Below are positions 25,281 through 37,995 of a DNA stretch of 64,000 nucleotides, piece by piece (position 1 is the stretch's first letter; each line of letters starts with the position of its first letter). The position numbers and the translations under genes are program-made. The stretch spans positions 55,864,001 to 55,928,000 of the forward strand of contig NC_087437.1 of assembly GCF_036321535.1 (NCBI RefSeq), read 5' to 3'. This DNA comes from Camelus dromedarius (lineage: Eukaryota). Below the pieces are notes generated by a model that was not told the origin of the DNA, did no database searches, and saw only the letters and a program-made list of their open reading frames with translations.

Positions 25281-25302
25281 AATAAAATTAAAAAGAAATA
25301 AA
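25281..25302 (+). terminator. Distal TP63 poly(A) signals (AATAAA 25281-25286 and 25297-25302)
   Basis: Two canonical hexamers followed by a GT-rich tract (ggtgttggtatatggtggg). Confidence 0.8.
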
Positions 25303-26276
25303 AATGCATTGAGAAATGGTGTTGGTATATGGTGGGGGGGGGGCGTCTGTGTCTGTGGCCTTTGGCCTTATTTTCATTATCGAGGTAGAGGAAGAGATAC
25401 TGAAAGAAACATTAGAGAGATTCAAATATTGATGCTTCTAATTATGAAGCAAATAATTATTATTTTCTTATTTTGCCCAATCTAAAGGCCAGGAATATAT
25501 ACCTCATTTGGCACATAAGATACTCACAGATTTAAGATGTTGTTGGATTGAGGTCAGGATGAGTTTGCTTGGGAACAGGGACTAGACTGCAGATATTCCT
25601 AATGTTGAATTTAGTGAGCTTCCCACAATGCTTAGCAATGACCTCCTCAGCACCGAGGAGGATGCTAGTCACCCTGGGTGTACATGGGAACAGCACTGCT
25701 GATGGTGGGCTGTGTGCATGTTCCCCTTTAAACTCAGGGTTAAATATCACCTTTCAATGATATCCATTGATTCAACCAATAAAATATCTACTATCAAAAT
25801 GGCTTAGTGATTTTTTCAAAGAAGTAACTTGTTTTTTACAGACTAACATTAGATGGCATGAAAACAACTGAATACTTTAGATTTATAAATAACTTACATT
25901 ATAACATTATATATAACATATAGTATTTAAAGATATTAATGTGTTTTCCTGTTTACAGATGTAATCACATGATGAATAGATCCATTACCATAGGCAAGGC
26001 AGGTTCAGCTTAAATTTGGAGTACCAGAAAATTCCAATTCTTATCTCTTAAAATGTAAGTGCTCGATCCCCCCAAAATGATACAATGGGTGCCAGGAAAA
26101 AGAAGAATAAAAAGCAATGAAAATAGATAATCTTTGAAATATTAAGGCCCTTTGGACTCCATGGTCCTTTTTGTTTCAGCAGTTCTAACCATTTGTATGG
26201 CTTGGTGCTTTGTGACTTTTATTCTCTCTTAGAGGTCTTCTGAAGTGCATAGAAAAAGAAATTCAACTTTAAGATT

Positions 26277-27285
26277 TTTTAAAGAGAAGTTTTAGGTTCA
26301 TAGAAACATTGAGAGAAAAGTACAGAGATTTCCCAGATCCCCTCTGACTCCACACATGCACAGCCTCCCCCATTATCAACCTCCCCCGCCAGAGTGGTAC
26401 GGCTGTTACAACTGATGACCCTACACTGACATGATGTCATCACCCCCAGTCCATAGTTTACATCAGGGTTCACTCTTGTGTTGTACATTCTGTGGATTTG
26501 GACAAAAGCATAACAACCTGTGTCCACCATTATGGTGTCATAATGCGGAGTTTCACTGCCCTAAAAATTTCCTGTGTTCCACCTATTTAGCCCTCCCTGC
26601 CAAAAATTCCTGCCAGCAACTGTTACTGTCTGGCCATTTGTTCTCAATTGTCTCCATAGTTTTGCTTTCTCCAGAATGTCATCTAGCTAAAATCATACAG
26701 TATGTGTTCTTTCCAGGTGGACTGCTTTCACTTAGTAATATACACTTAAATTTCCTCCATGTCTTGTCATGGCTTACTAGGTCATTTCTTTTTAGCATTG
26801 AATAACATTCTATGATCTGGACATAACAGTTTATTTGTTCATTACCTATTGAAGGACCTCTGGGTTGCCTTCAAGTTTTGGCAGTTGTGAATAAAGTTGC
26901 TATAAACATGTGTGTGCAGGTTTTCACGTGAATATACATTTCCATCTCCTTTGGGTAAATACCAAGGAATGCAATGGCTGGATTGTATGATAAGAATATG
27001 TCTAGTTTGATAAGAAACTGCTCAACTGTATTCCAAAGGGGCTGTGCCTTTCCATCAGCAATGAATGAGGGTTCCTGTTGTTCTCTGTTCTGGAATTTGA
27101 CCATTCTAAAAGGAGTGTATTGGCATCTCAATGGTTTAATTTGCATTTCCCTAATGACACAAGTGGAGCATCTTTTCTTATGTTTATTTTTCATCTGTGT
27201 ACGTTATCTCTTTTGTGCAGTGTCTATTAAGGTCTTTGGCCCATTTTTTAATCAGTTTGTTCTCTTAAGCTTGAACTCTTAAGAA
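26277..27285 (-). mobile_element. LINE-1 3' fragment (L1MC1-like 3'UTR and ORF2 C-terminus)
   Basis: ORF 26871-27194(-) KRCSTCVIREMQIK resembles L1 ORF2p KRCSTSLIIREMQIK; 3'UTR gttttaggttcatag...ccattatcaac...cagagtggta. Confidence 0.85.
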
Positions 27286-27529
27286 TTCCAAAACTACCTT
27301 AAAAAAATTAAAAAGGATTATATGTATTTCTTGTAATCATCAGAGGATTGTTATACCCTTTTATAAATCTAAAGTGCAGTATGGAAAGTTAGCTGTTTTT
27401 CTTTATCTTGAGACATTATCTCTTTTTATCATTAGGAATTACTTTAGCCTAATTTATCAATCAATTCAGTGATCTAAAAAACTAAAGACTAAAATTTTAA
27501 AAAAGGAAGAATGGTGGAATTGTCCAAAA

Positions 27530-27822
27530 CTGTGCTAATGTGGTAGCCTTTAGCTACTTATGACTACAGAGCAATTGAAATGTGGCTACTCAAAATTAAG
27601 AAGTGCTAGCAATGCAAAATATAAATTATATTTCAGAGACTTAGAATAAAAGACTATAAAATAACTCATTGATAATTTTTCTGTTGATTGTGTTAACATA
27701 CATTACAGGTTAAATAAATCTGTTACTAAAATAAATTTTACCTTTCTATTCATACTGTATCCGCCTACTAGAAAATTTAAATTTATATAAATGGCTTTCA
27801 TTACAGTTTTATTAGACAACTG
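27530..27822 (-). mobile_element. MER33-like hAT-Charlie element
   Basis: ttgaaatgtggctac...ctactagaaaatttaaa...ttattagacaactg matches the recalled MER33 consensus; strand tentative. Confidence 0.7.
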
Positions 27823-27824
27823 GT

Positions 27825-29105
27825 TTAGAAAGATGATGCAATAAGAAGACAGGAGAGTGATGATTAAATGAATTTACTATTGTATAATTATCCAGTTTTC
27901 TGACTATGTTGCCCAAAATTCTTGCATCATCTTTCAAGAACGTATAGAATGAGAGACACTTATCTTTATAGTCTGCTTTTAGATTTTTATAAGAATTCAG
28001 AATTTTTTTTTTTAATTTTCTCCTCATAAAGTCAAAAAGATTAAAATTGACAGAGGAAGATGTTTCAAAATTGTTAAATCAGAAGATGACCATAAAGAGA
28101 CTGTCACTTTGGATTCAAATGATAATGGTGAAATGAATTGTCTAAGTTAAATTTCTGGCTGAGTTTTTCTGTGATGATATCTTAGATGAACTTTCTCAAA
28201 CAAAAGGCTTAGTCGTTGAGCAACGTGATTCTAAGGATGAAAAGGAGATATGGTACTTATAGTTAATTATTAAACACGTGAATTTCACCATGTAAATTTG
28301 AGAAACATCCTGGCCATCCTATTTTGCTAAAATGTGACAGTATTCTTTAGCTCTAATGATTCTCGTCACCAAAATTTACCCAATATACTTCACAAGTGGC
28401 AAAAACTGAAGGTAGGTATGTATCAAAGGTAATTGGAAGAAAATAGATAATGTAGAAATTTAACTCATTGACTTGATCATTCTAATTTGTGTTTATAAAC
28501 GTAAAAATTAAAATATTTTTTACTTTTGGTGATTCTTTAATTTTTAAAAAATTTATGGAGGAGGTAATTAGGTTCATGTATTTATTTTTAATGGAGGTAC
28601 TGGGGATTGAACCCAGGACCTTGTGCATGTTAGGCACACATTCTACCACTGAACTATATCCTCCCCTCTATTTCACAGTTTTGGAGCAAAGAACATGGCC
28701 ATTATCTCTTCAACAAAATCATAAGCCATCAAATGTTACAATTTTTTTTAAAGTATTGCAAATGTTGATGCAAACACAGGATGCAAACATATCAGGGATG
28801 TATTTGAAATCAGTACATACAGGATGGTTGTGTCCCAGATTGAACGATAGTTCATGAGCAATTAATTGCATTCAGACTCTACTTCTCATTTTGTGTATAT
28901 GTATCTCTAAAATCATGAAAACAAGAAAATTTTAGGTTTACCTAAAATTTTACAATTGTTAAAATTTCTGATGATGCTGTTTTTCTCTTTTTTCTTACTT
29001 TTGTATTTCATAAAGTTACTAAAATATTTTTAAAAGACATTAGATACAGATGATAATAGATAGTGACTTTTTTCCTATTATACTGTTAGTTATTAGAATA
29101 ACTTA
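27825..29105 (+). mobile_element. Decayed piggyBac-family transposon (Looper-like) with transposase remnants; boundaries approximate
   Basis: Frameshifted peptides KLTEEDVSKLL, GNWKKIDNVE, LIDLIILICVYKRKN, WSKEHGHYLFNKIISHQ, IRDVFEI and TIVHEQLIAFR (piggyBac TVDEQL motif). Confidence 0.75.
28540..28666 (-). mobile_element. Vic-1-type SINE nested in the piggyBac fossil
   Basis: gaggtaattaggtt...ggaggtactggggattgaacccaggacc...ctaccactgaactatatcctcccc is the reverse complement of the same family as 17179. Confidence 0.85.
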
Positions 29106-32100
29106 ACTAATAATACAGAACTCCAAAGGCTTAGTATTGAATAAACATGTTTGAATTATCTAAAATTTGCATAGGATTTCTGAGAGCCAGGGATCATATT
29201 TTTGTTTTTTTGGTGCACTGTCTAAATTATCTAGCAGGTAACCCAGGGATTTTGTCAGTATACAAGACACTCCTGCCAGCAAAATAAAAGTATGAAACAC
29301 AGGGTTATATGTGTGTGGTGGGGTATACACAGAGTTGTACGTGTGTGGCAGGGTACACGCTGGAGCCTTCCTGACAGGGAAGATACCCTTGATCTTGACT
29401 CAGGGCGCCCACAGGCTGGCAGGAGACAGATGGAAACAGTATTCATTCTTCTTCCAACAGATCTTTCTCTTTTCACATTCCACAGTTCTCTTACAAGGTA
29501 AACTAGAACATAGGACACTTCCAACCTTGAATACAGACATCTCTTTGTAACCATAGAGGCCTTAGTGTTTATTATTATTTTTTGTACTCAACTGACACTT
29601 TTTTTTTTCCCAGATGCTTCAGACTCATTCCAAAAATGGTTATGTAGATGTATAGATTTTCATGGGAATACAAAGAGAGTGAAAAGAATTACTGGGCTGA
29701 AAGAAGTCGGATGCCTGGGGCCCGATGCTTAATTTTCTGCACCTCAGTTTCCACATCTGTAAAATGAGGAGTGTGAACCCCTGACTTGGCAGTATTTTGG
29801 TAAATATCCTTTAGGAGAGAGCTGAGGGGTGGCATAAAACAGCTCTGCCAAAATAGATGTGAGGGTATAGTTTTAAGACAAATTACAGTCTGAAAGCTAA
29901 AAAAAGTATATATGTGTGTGTGTGTGTGCTTAAGTATAAAACTTTTTTTTTTTTTCAGGTAGGAGTAGTTCATTAATTTAAAGTTGTGCTTTCAAAGTCA
30001 ATGTTGGGTGTGTGCTTAAATTTTATGAGATTTGTAACTCCTCACACTAATCCTGAATCTGTGTGCCAAGTGGGTGGCAAGTACCAGCAGGTGAATTTCT
30101 CTTTTGTGATTCAGATCAGAATTCTAGGCCTGGGACTTGGAGGTACAGCAGTTTGTAATTCGAGTAAAAGTTAGATATGGAGGGCTAAGAGACAGGAAGG
30201 AATTTCTAGCAAAGAGAGCTTGGCTTAGAGAACAACATATTGGAAATTAAGAATTTTCAGGCACTGTAGTTCATCTGACATTTGCTCTATAATTTTGAGA
30301 GTAACTCAAATTTATCTATAAGAAATTATGATGATTATGTTCCTAAACTCTAGGTACTATCTTCTACACGTTGATCATTTTGCTTGGCAATTTTTTAGGT
30401 AAGTTTGCTTTAGCTGTACCCAATTTTTCTTCAACTTATCAATACCTTCCTAATACTACTCTGCTCCATTAATGAGTCAAAGTTAGAGAAGGCACTCAAA
30501 AGTACTCACAATACCTGGGGTGCAGAAAAACCGGGATTTTAAATGAGAGTGAAAGGAGAAGAAACACAAAGTTCAACCTATTTTCTGATTCTGAGCTGTG
30601 CAATGAATAGAAATTCTGCTTTGTCATTCCCCAGGGCCACCTGCCAAATACATCTTGGATGTGTTCAGAATGTCTGCTCTCAAGGATTCTGGAACTACAT
30701 TCGTATCAAGGTACCAACATGTTCGGTATATTTTAACAAATCTTGGTTTTCATAAATACTCAGCTGAAAGGTTATAAAAGAATGTTCTAGGAAATTCACC
30801 TTTGTGAATCGCACTCAGGCAGGAGAAGCCAAGCCCTAGGAAAAATATTTCTAACACCTGGTGTTCAAAACGATTCTTGGGCCACTGATAAGTGTGTAGG
30901 TATGTGGGTATGTAGGTGTGTGTGTATATGAGCTATGTTTTTTTCTCTTTTACTTCTTTTAAAAAATTACACAGATTTTCTTTTTTAAGAAAAAAAATAC
31001 ATAGCCAGTTTCAAGATAGGGACATCTCAGTATCCTTTCCCCTTGCCTTTTGCTTTTTCAGAGACCTAGAGATGTTTTACCCTAACTGGTTTACTTGTAA
31101 GCAGCATAAACTCTCAGCAAAATGATGTGCCAGTTGTTTGGGGAATATTCCCATTTCCCTGCCTATTTCCCTCTTGTCCTTTCTACTGAAGACACCCACA
31201 TTGTGTTCCAGTCTCCACTCAAATTTGATGTTCCCAGGTGAGTGGTAAATCCTTCTGTGATGGCGAGGGCACAGAGGTTATTTGCCCATTGCCAGGAATC
31301 CAAGCCATTCCTTGGAGGTAGTAGTTGCCGGCCACTTCATTCTTGTTGACCCCTACCCTCAGGCCTGTGATACCTTCAAGAGTCACATGCAGGGCAGGAA
31401 GTCATGTCTAAGTGTAGTCTCAGCCAGGCGCAGCAGAAGGCATCATGTTGTCCCGTGGCTGGCTGGTATTCAATCAGGATTCGGCAATCAATGGGAGTTC
31501 TGTCTTCTCAGATACTGCCTTTCTTCTTCCCTCTTATAATATCCTATTCATGAGAAGAGAACGTAGCTTGGCTGCGTCTCTGCTCCATCTTTCATCTCCT
31601 TTGCCTCATTACTTCTTGTCCTGGGGTACAATCCCACAGTCTCTGCTCATCATCACGGCCTCTGCAACACTTTGACCTCCCTTGATGAGGGTGGCAGGAG
31701 GGTAAATGTCTGCCTCTCTCTCATGATTGTAATGCATTCTTTCCTTCCCTGAGGAAAAGAGCTCCCCTGTCTCTTGGCTGAAAGACTATTTTCTTGAACT
31801 ATGAACTCCTCTCCAATTATTTTCACAGTACTCTTGTGTAATACCAGGCTCTCCTCCTCGTGTTGAATGGGTCAGTGCCCTCCCGGGGAGAAAACAGAGC
31901 TCAGCAAAGGTCTTGCACAGGGGTGGCACGTGGGCTTTGACTCCCTGAAGGTTCCCTTTGTGCTTCCTGTCCACAGGCTTGCTCAGCTCCCCTTGATACT
32001 TTCCGGCCTGTGCAAGGCACGGTGGGAAATTCATGGCTGAGGAAGACAGAGCTCTATGATCTTAGAAGCACAGTCCAAGAGAAACTTGGAAACCGTCTAG

Positions 32101-32539
32101 CCTAAGTTCCTCAATTTATGGAGTAGGAAGCTGAAGTCCAGGCAGAAAAGAAGATGGCCCAGCATCTCACAGCAAGGCTGCAAGCAACTAGTCAACAGCA
32201 AGGAAGAAGCAGTTGGTCCCAACCTTCCTATCCCGCTGTCGGTGCAACACAATCTCTGTTTCACACCACAGCAAGGCCCTTGTTCTTATTCTTATCTTTT
32301 TTCCTCACTCTCTCGTTCTCAGTGGAACATGACAGTGAATACTTTCGGGTGCTGTTTACAAGTGGATCTTTCTCTGCTTGCTTTACTGTTTCTCCACCCC
32401 CATGCTCTTGTTTAGCCATAAACACCGGTGACCTGAAGCACCCTCTGGAATTCGTGTAATGGGGTACTGGAACCAGTTATGACTTTTATGTTTTTAGTGC
32501 TATGCAAATCAGCTCTTGCTGCTTCTGCCACCTGGTTTG

Positions 32540-32571
<32 letters not shown>

Positions 32572-33879
32572 TTTACTATTGAATGCAAAAAGGAATGTTC
32601 ATTGTGGTGCCTGGATTAAGAATTAACATGTCTGATTTACACAGATTTTCTTTTTTAAGGAAAAAAAATATATAGCCAGTTTCATTGCCTATCTATCAAA
32701 AATTCCTTTTGGAAAACTTAGGTTCTCTTTGACCCAAGAAAGATATTGTATCTGCTTTAAGCCTAGCACCCCTTAGCGGGACTGGGACTAGTGTCCTTCC
32801 CAATTGGACAATCTCCTGAAGCCAGAGAATGCCTGGGCCTAATGACTTTATACCATATCTCCCACAGTATTGGAAAACCAGTGTTCTGCATTGAAGAGTG
32901 TGTATGGGAAACAGGTGTTGAATGAAAGGGTGAATGAGAGCTAGGTTCTGCAGTCTGATCCCCCCTGTATTCTCATCTTGACATCACTACTCAGCAGTTG
33001 ATGACTTTGGAAAAATCATTTAATTTCTCTGCCTAGTTTGCCTCATGTGTAAAATGGGGTAATTGTGGCACCTCATAACTTTGTTGTGACAACTAGCTGA
33101 GTTTATACCTGCCAAGTATTTTTTCTAAGTTTTGCAGAAAGGCTTTCTCAGAGAAAGATCCTCCCACACTTTGGAAGAAACATACTAGGAGTTGTTTCTT
33201 CCGTTCCTGTTCAGAAGCATCAGGAAGCCCCATACTGGGATCAGGACGAGGTTACAGAGATAGAAATGAGAGGGGCTGTCCTACAAGGAGGGGGAGTGAC
33301 ACACACAGGAGAGTCCAGGGCCTGGGTGCTAACCGCCCCTCTGCTACAAACTCCCAGGAACCCTTGGACAGGACACGCGGGTCTCAGTTGTTCCCATCTC
33401 CAAGAAGCTAGAAGAGCTCTAAGTTTTCTTCTATCATTAGTATTCCAGAAACATATAGTTCTCCATGAGGCAGCCTGCCATTTGAAGAAGACAACGAGGA
33501 CTCGACTACCTACTGGCGTTACTTAGCTAAAATTCAGGGGCCACAAGAGTTAATGTTGTTTAGGGAAAATCTGTGGGAGATGCTAATGGGACTTGCTGGC
33601 ATAAAAGCAAAGATTTCTGTGAAAGCTGTAAGTATTTTCCATGAAAACTCTCCCTTCAGGCCATGCCTTTACCAGCTGAGATACCCTCTTCTAATCTCTC
33701 AGGAAATAGAAGAGATAATGTCAACACGAGAAAAGAAGTGGCAAAAGAAGTGTTCTAGATTATTCATACAAAAAATTATACTACCAAGAAAAATAAAGCT
33801 AAAGGAAATCCAGTAAAAGACTTTATGATTTAGATTGATTGCATAAGTATTAAATCTTTCTATGTTTTATATATACTAA

Positions 33880-34085
33880 TACAAAGTTTTCTAAGAAATT
33901 TCATATAATTTATCTCTTGACTTCCGCAACCTCGTGAAATAAGCAGAGCAAATATTATCAGCCATAGTTTACAGCTGAGAAAGCTGAGCCTCTGAGAAGT
34001 TATATACATGGCCAGGTTCACAAAGCTTTTTAGTGGTAGAATCAGGAGCCACCCCAAGTCTGTCCATTCTAGTTCAAAGCTCTGT
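33880..34085 (-). mobile_element. MIR SINE
   Basis: tattatcagccatagtttacagctgagaaagctgagcctctgagaagtta...ggccaggttcaca. Confidence 0.65.
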
Positions 34086-35099
34086 TCTATATTTCCAAAT
34101 TTGCAAATAATTTTTCAATGGATCACTTCCCTTGGGCTGAATACATACACATCCCGGCAGCAGAAGCCTGTGGTTTCAGAATCTATCACCCTCAGATGAC
34201 ATTCAGTACACTCAGACCCCAACTAGAGGGATAACCTTTCAGTGAATGGCTAGCCATTGCCAACAGGATAAAGCCCACGTACAGTCTGTCACTGGTTTAC
34301 TCTTTAACATCATCCAACCAAGTTGGACTACTCAACATTCTCTGCTAGAACAAAATCTTCATTAAGCAGGGGTTTTGTGTTGTTCACTGATAAATCCCCA
34401 CATAGGGACAAGTGTGAGACCTCCTCATTCTGTAGGTGGGGATACTGTTGCCCAGGTGATTTGAGTCAGTCTCCTAAGATCACACAACTAGCCAGTGAAC
34501 ATCTGGAGCGATTTCCCAGGTGTCATCTTCACATCCACATCAGTACTGTTTCCATCACTCCATGGTAGAAACATTCCTAATTGCTTCTCTGATTTTCTAG
34601 AGCGTGCAAAGCATGCTCTAATTTGATTTGAGCTAAGCCATAGTAAACTAGCAAGATCCTGAGAGTGAAAATTACTTCCCAGGATATGAGGTGAGGGCAA
34701 CCTACCCTCAGCTCTCAGGTCTTAGTTGGGAAAAAAAAGTCAAGTCTGTTCTTCCCTAAACCTCCCTACTGGTTGGGAACCCCACCTGGGCCTCAGGGGA
34801 GAGGGTTGGTCCCAGTTATCTGATGAAGTTAGCTTGTACCACCACACCCATGTTCTGCTGTTCCTAGATTTCTATTGCAGAGACAGAGATGACACAGGGA
34901 AAAGTGACTTCTGTGGGTCTAATTGGAGAGACAGTCCCATCAGAGCTAGAAAATACCTGCATTCTTCAAAGGCTTTAGTATTCATGGTGCTTCAGTACTG
35001 CCAAAGGCCCGCCTTGAAAAGAGACCCAGAATGCTTTTTTGCAGCAAAGTTAATCCCACTGAAAGCTTCTTCAATTAAAGCAAGCTCTAGGGGCTGAGA

Positions 35100-35200
35100 A
35101 ATAGACAAGTGAATTAAGCCTTAATGACTCAGCTCCTCTTTCCTCCTTGCCCTTGTTTATGAGCCAGGAATGTGGGGCGGAAATGAGTTAAGTCAAATCT
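35100..35200. promoter_or_regulatory. Candidate epithelial enhancer core (AP-1, FOX, TEAD, KLF/SP, ETS motifs)
   Basis: Motif clustering only: TGACTCA 35125, TGTTTAT 35154, AGGAATGT 35166, GGGGCGG 35174, CGGAAA 35178, TGAGTTA 35184. Confidence 0.45.
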
Positions 35201-35442
35201 CTGTTTGAGCTCTATGAAGCAAAAAACTAGGATCTATCCACACCCAAGGTGATTTTGTTACAAAATGCTGTTTCTTTACAATAAGTCTTCCCTATCATTT
35301 GGCTCCAAGAAGTAGGAATCTCATGTTTACAAGTCTGGGAAGAAACGTGCATGGAGAGGAAGGCAGAGATGCCTATCAAAAGGCCACTGAGATGTGGTCA
35401 AAGCAGTCGCTTTTGCACTAAAAGGAACTGAGTGATTCACGA

Positions 35443-35870
35443 TGTTAGGTTAGACTCCCTACCATCAGACCCAGGAACAAAAATTCATAATGGACCAGTG
35501 ATTCCTTGACAAAGTGCTCTAAGGGAAAACTAGTAAGAGGGTCGGAGAAGGCAGGACAGGGAAGAAGAGAACGCCAGCCAGGCAAGGGTACCATGTCAGG
35601 CAAAGTCCTGGGCAGAGCGGCTTCAGCTTGAACTTGGAGGTGAACTCTAGAAAGTCTCCTTGGCTCAAAGTGGTCCCAACCTGAGGCCAGGGAGCGTGAA
35701 CTTCACAATCCTGTACCTATCAGTCATTGGCAACGGGCTCTCCTAGGAGTATACAAACTTCCAGGCACTTCCAGCTATCTGTTTCCCAATAGAAGGCTCC
35801 GGTAACTCAGGAGCAGTCCTCTAACCCCAGCCACAATTTCAGGTTGTTGGAGCTGAAACATATCAAAGAT
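35443..35870 (-). mobile_element. MaLR LTR (MLT1J/K-like)
   Basis: gaaggcaggacagggaag...tcagtcattggc...aaacttccaggcacttcc, typical of old MLT1 LTRs. Confidence 0.55.
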
Positions 35871-36344
35871 CAGAACACATATTTAAGAAAAAAATTTTTA
35901 ATCTGCAAAGAGAAAACAACAACAACAAACATTGCCTTGAAGGTATCTAGGCCTTAACCCAGTGGAATCCTATCAGCTACATTCCCGAAAGTTTTCTTTT
36001 GGCTTGGAGATCTGTGTTTAAGAGGTTTACCTTCTTTTATTAACTTGTAGTCACTGTGCTAATGCATTTATGTAAACGCCATGGTGCCATGGTGTTTCCT
36101 ACATATACTACGTGGTAGAGCAAGGCCACTGGAGCTTAGTCGTCTCAGGTTTTAATCTTAATTTATTCATTTATCAACTGAGTAATTTTATGAAAGTTAC
36201 TCCACCTCTGTGTGACTCAGGGAAGTGGCTGTGAGGAATAAAGAGAATAACCAAGTAGACATTCAATAGCCCAGTCATGGCATGTGGGCAAAGTCTCAGT
36301 AAATATTGGTTATTAACAATGTTGATGGTAGCAATAATAATATT

Positions 36345-37160
36345 GTACTTCATTTATTTGTTCATTTATACAGCAAATATTTATCCAGCACCTACGAGGT
36401 ATCAGAGCCTCTTCTAGGCCAAGAATTACGAAGGTGCTAGACAAAGATCATGCCCTGGCAGAACTTACATTCTGATGAGAAACAAATAATAAGCACACAA
36501 GCAAGTAACTAACACAGTATCAGTTACTGACAAACACAAATAAGAAAACAATAACTGACTTTGTTTTTCTCTTGGGAGTTTGAGATTTGCAAACATTAAC
36601 TACTATATATAAAATAGATGAAAAACAAATTTCTTCTGTATAGCACAGGGAGCTGTCTTTAATATCTTGTAGTAATCTATAATGAAAAAGAATATGAAAA
36701 CAAATATATGTATGTATATGTATGGCTGAAACATTATGCTGTACACCAGAAACTGACACAACATTATAATTGACTATACTTTAATATTTAAAAAAAAATA
36801 AAAGAAAACTGAAGCAAGGCAAAAGTACAGAAGACTAGTAGGGCAGGAGATGGAGATTATCATTAAATACAACGGTCAAGGAACACCCCTCTGGGAAGAA
36901 TAATTGAGCAGAGACCTGAATCAGTTGAAGGGTGAGCCACGGAAAGACCTGAGGAGCAGTGTTCTGGGAAGAGGTTATAGTAAGAGCAAAGCTCCTGGAT
37001 GGGAATATACTCGGCATGTTAAGGACAGAGGAAGAATCCAAGAGAATGAAGCAAGCCAAGAGTACTAGGAAATAAAATCAGAGACAGTGACGAGGACCAG
37101 ACCAGATCACATGAAGCCAAGTCACCCAAGGTAAGGAGGGTGACTTTTACTTAATCTGAC
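36345..37160 (-). mobile_element. L2 3' fragment interrupted by a younger L1
   Basis: ttcatttatacagcaaatatttatccagcacctac (L2 3' end); continues after the L1 insert with gagcagagacctgaa and gaccagatcac. Confidence 0.65.
36550..36800 (+). mobile_element. Short cetartiodactyl-type L1 3' end with TSD
   Basis: ctgtatagcacaggga...gctgtacaccagaaactgacacaacatt and A tail; flanked by AAGAAAAC at 36542-36549 and 36802-36809. Confidence 0.85.
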
Positions 37161-37459
37161 TGTGGCAGGAAATCACAGTCACAGACAGTGACACAGACAG
37201 TGACAAATGTGAGTTATGTTTTAAAAAGATAACTTTCTTTCCTATATAATGCCAAAAGGCTCAAGGGCATCTGTGCAAATCACTTCCTAGTAACAGCCCT
37301 GGATCTCACACTCCGCAAGCTCAATGAGCAAACTAACCTTTGTAGCAAACATGAGCTACCAATGTATTTATGTCCTTATGTTGTCTTTCAGACAATAATA
37401 ATAATGATCTCTAATATTTACAAAGAAAGTCTCCATAAGTAATCTCTAATATAAAAATA

Positions 37460-37995
37460 TGGCTGCATCAACAGATGAATGGATAAAGAAGTTGTTGTGC
37501 ATATAAACAATGTAATACATTTCAGCTATAAAAAAAAGAATGAAATATGCCATTTGCAACAATATGGATGGACCTAGAGATTATCATATTAAGTGAAGTA
37601 AGTCAGACAAAGACAAATATCGTATGATATCACTTATATGTGGACTCTAAAAACATGATGTAAATGGACTTATTTGCAAAACAGAAATAGACTCACAAAC
37701 ATAAAAAACAAACTATGGTTACCAAAGAGGGAAGGGGGAGGGGGAGGAATAAATTAGGAGTTTGGTATTAACATAGACACACTACCATATATAAAATAGA
37801 TGGAGAGCAAGGACCTATTATATAGCACAGGGAACTATATTCAATATCTTATAATAACTTATAATGGAAAAGAATCTGAAAAATAATATATATACATATA
37901 TGTGTATAACTGAATCACTATGCTGTATGCCAGAAGCTAACACAACATTGGAAATCAACTACACTTCAATAAAAATTTTAAAATATTTAAAAAAA
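37460..37995 (+). mobile_element. Cetartiodactyl-type L1 3' end
   Basis: acagatgaatggataaagaa...ggatggacctagaga...aagtgaagtaagtcagac...tatagcacagggaactatattcaata and A tail. Confidence 0.88.

Larger units (their letters stand above)
22315..25310 (+). other. TP63: TP63 alpha/beta 3'UTR (~3.0 kb; 3' end approximate)
   Basis: No obvious interspersed repeats; AU/U-rich sequence from the alpha stop to tandem AATAAA signals at 25281 and 25297. Confidence 0.85.
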
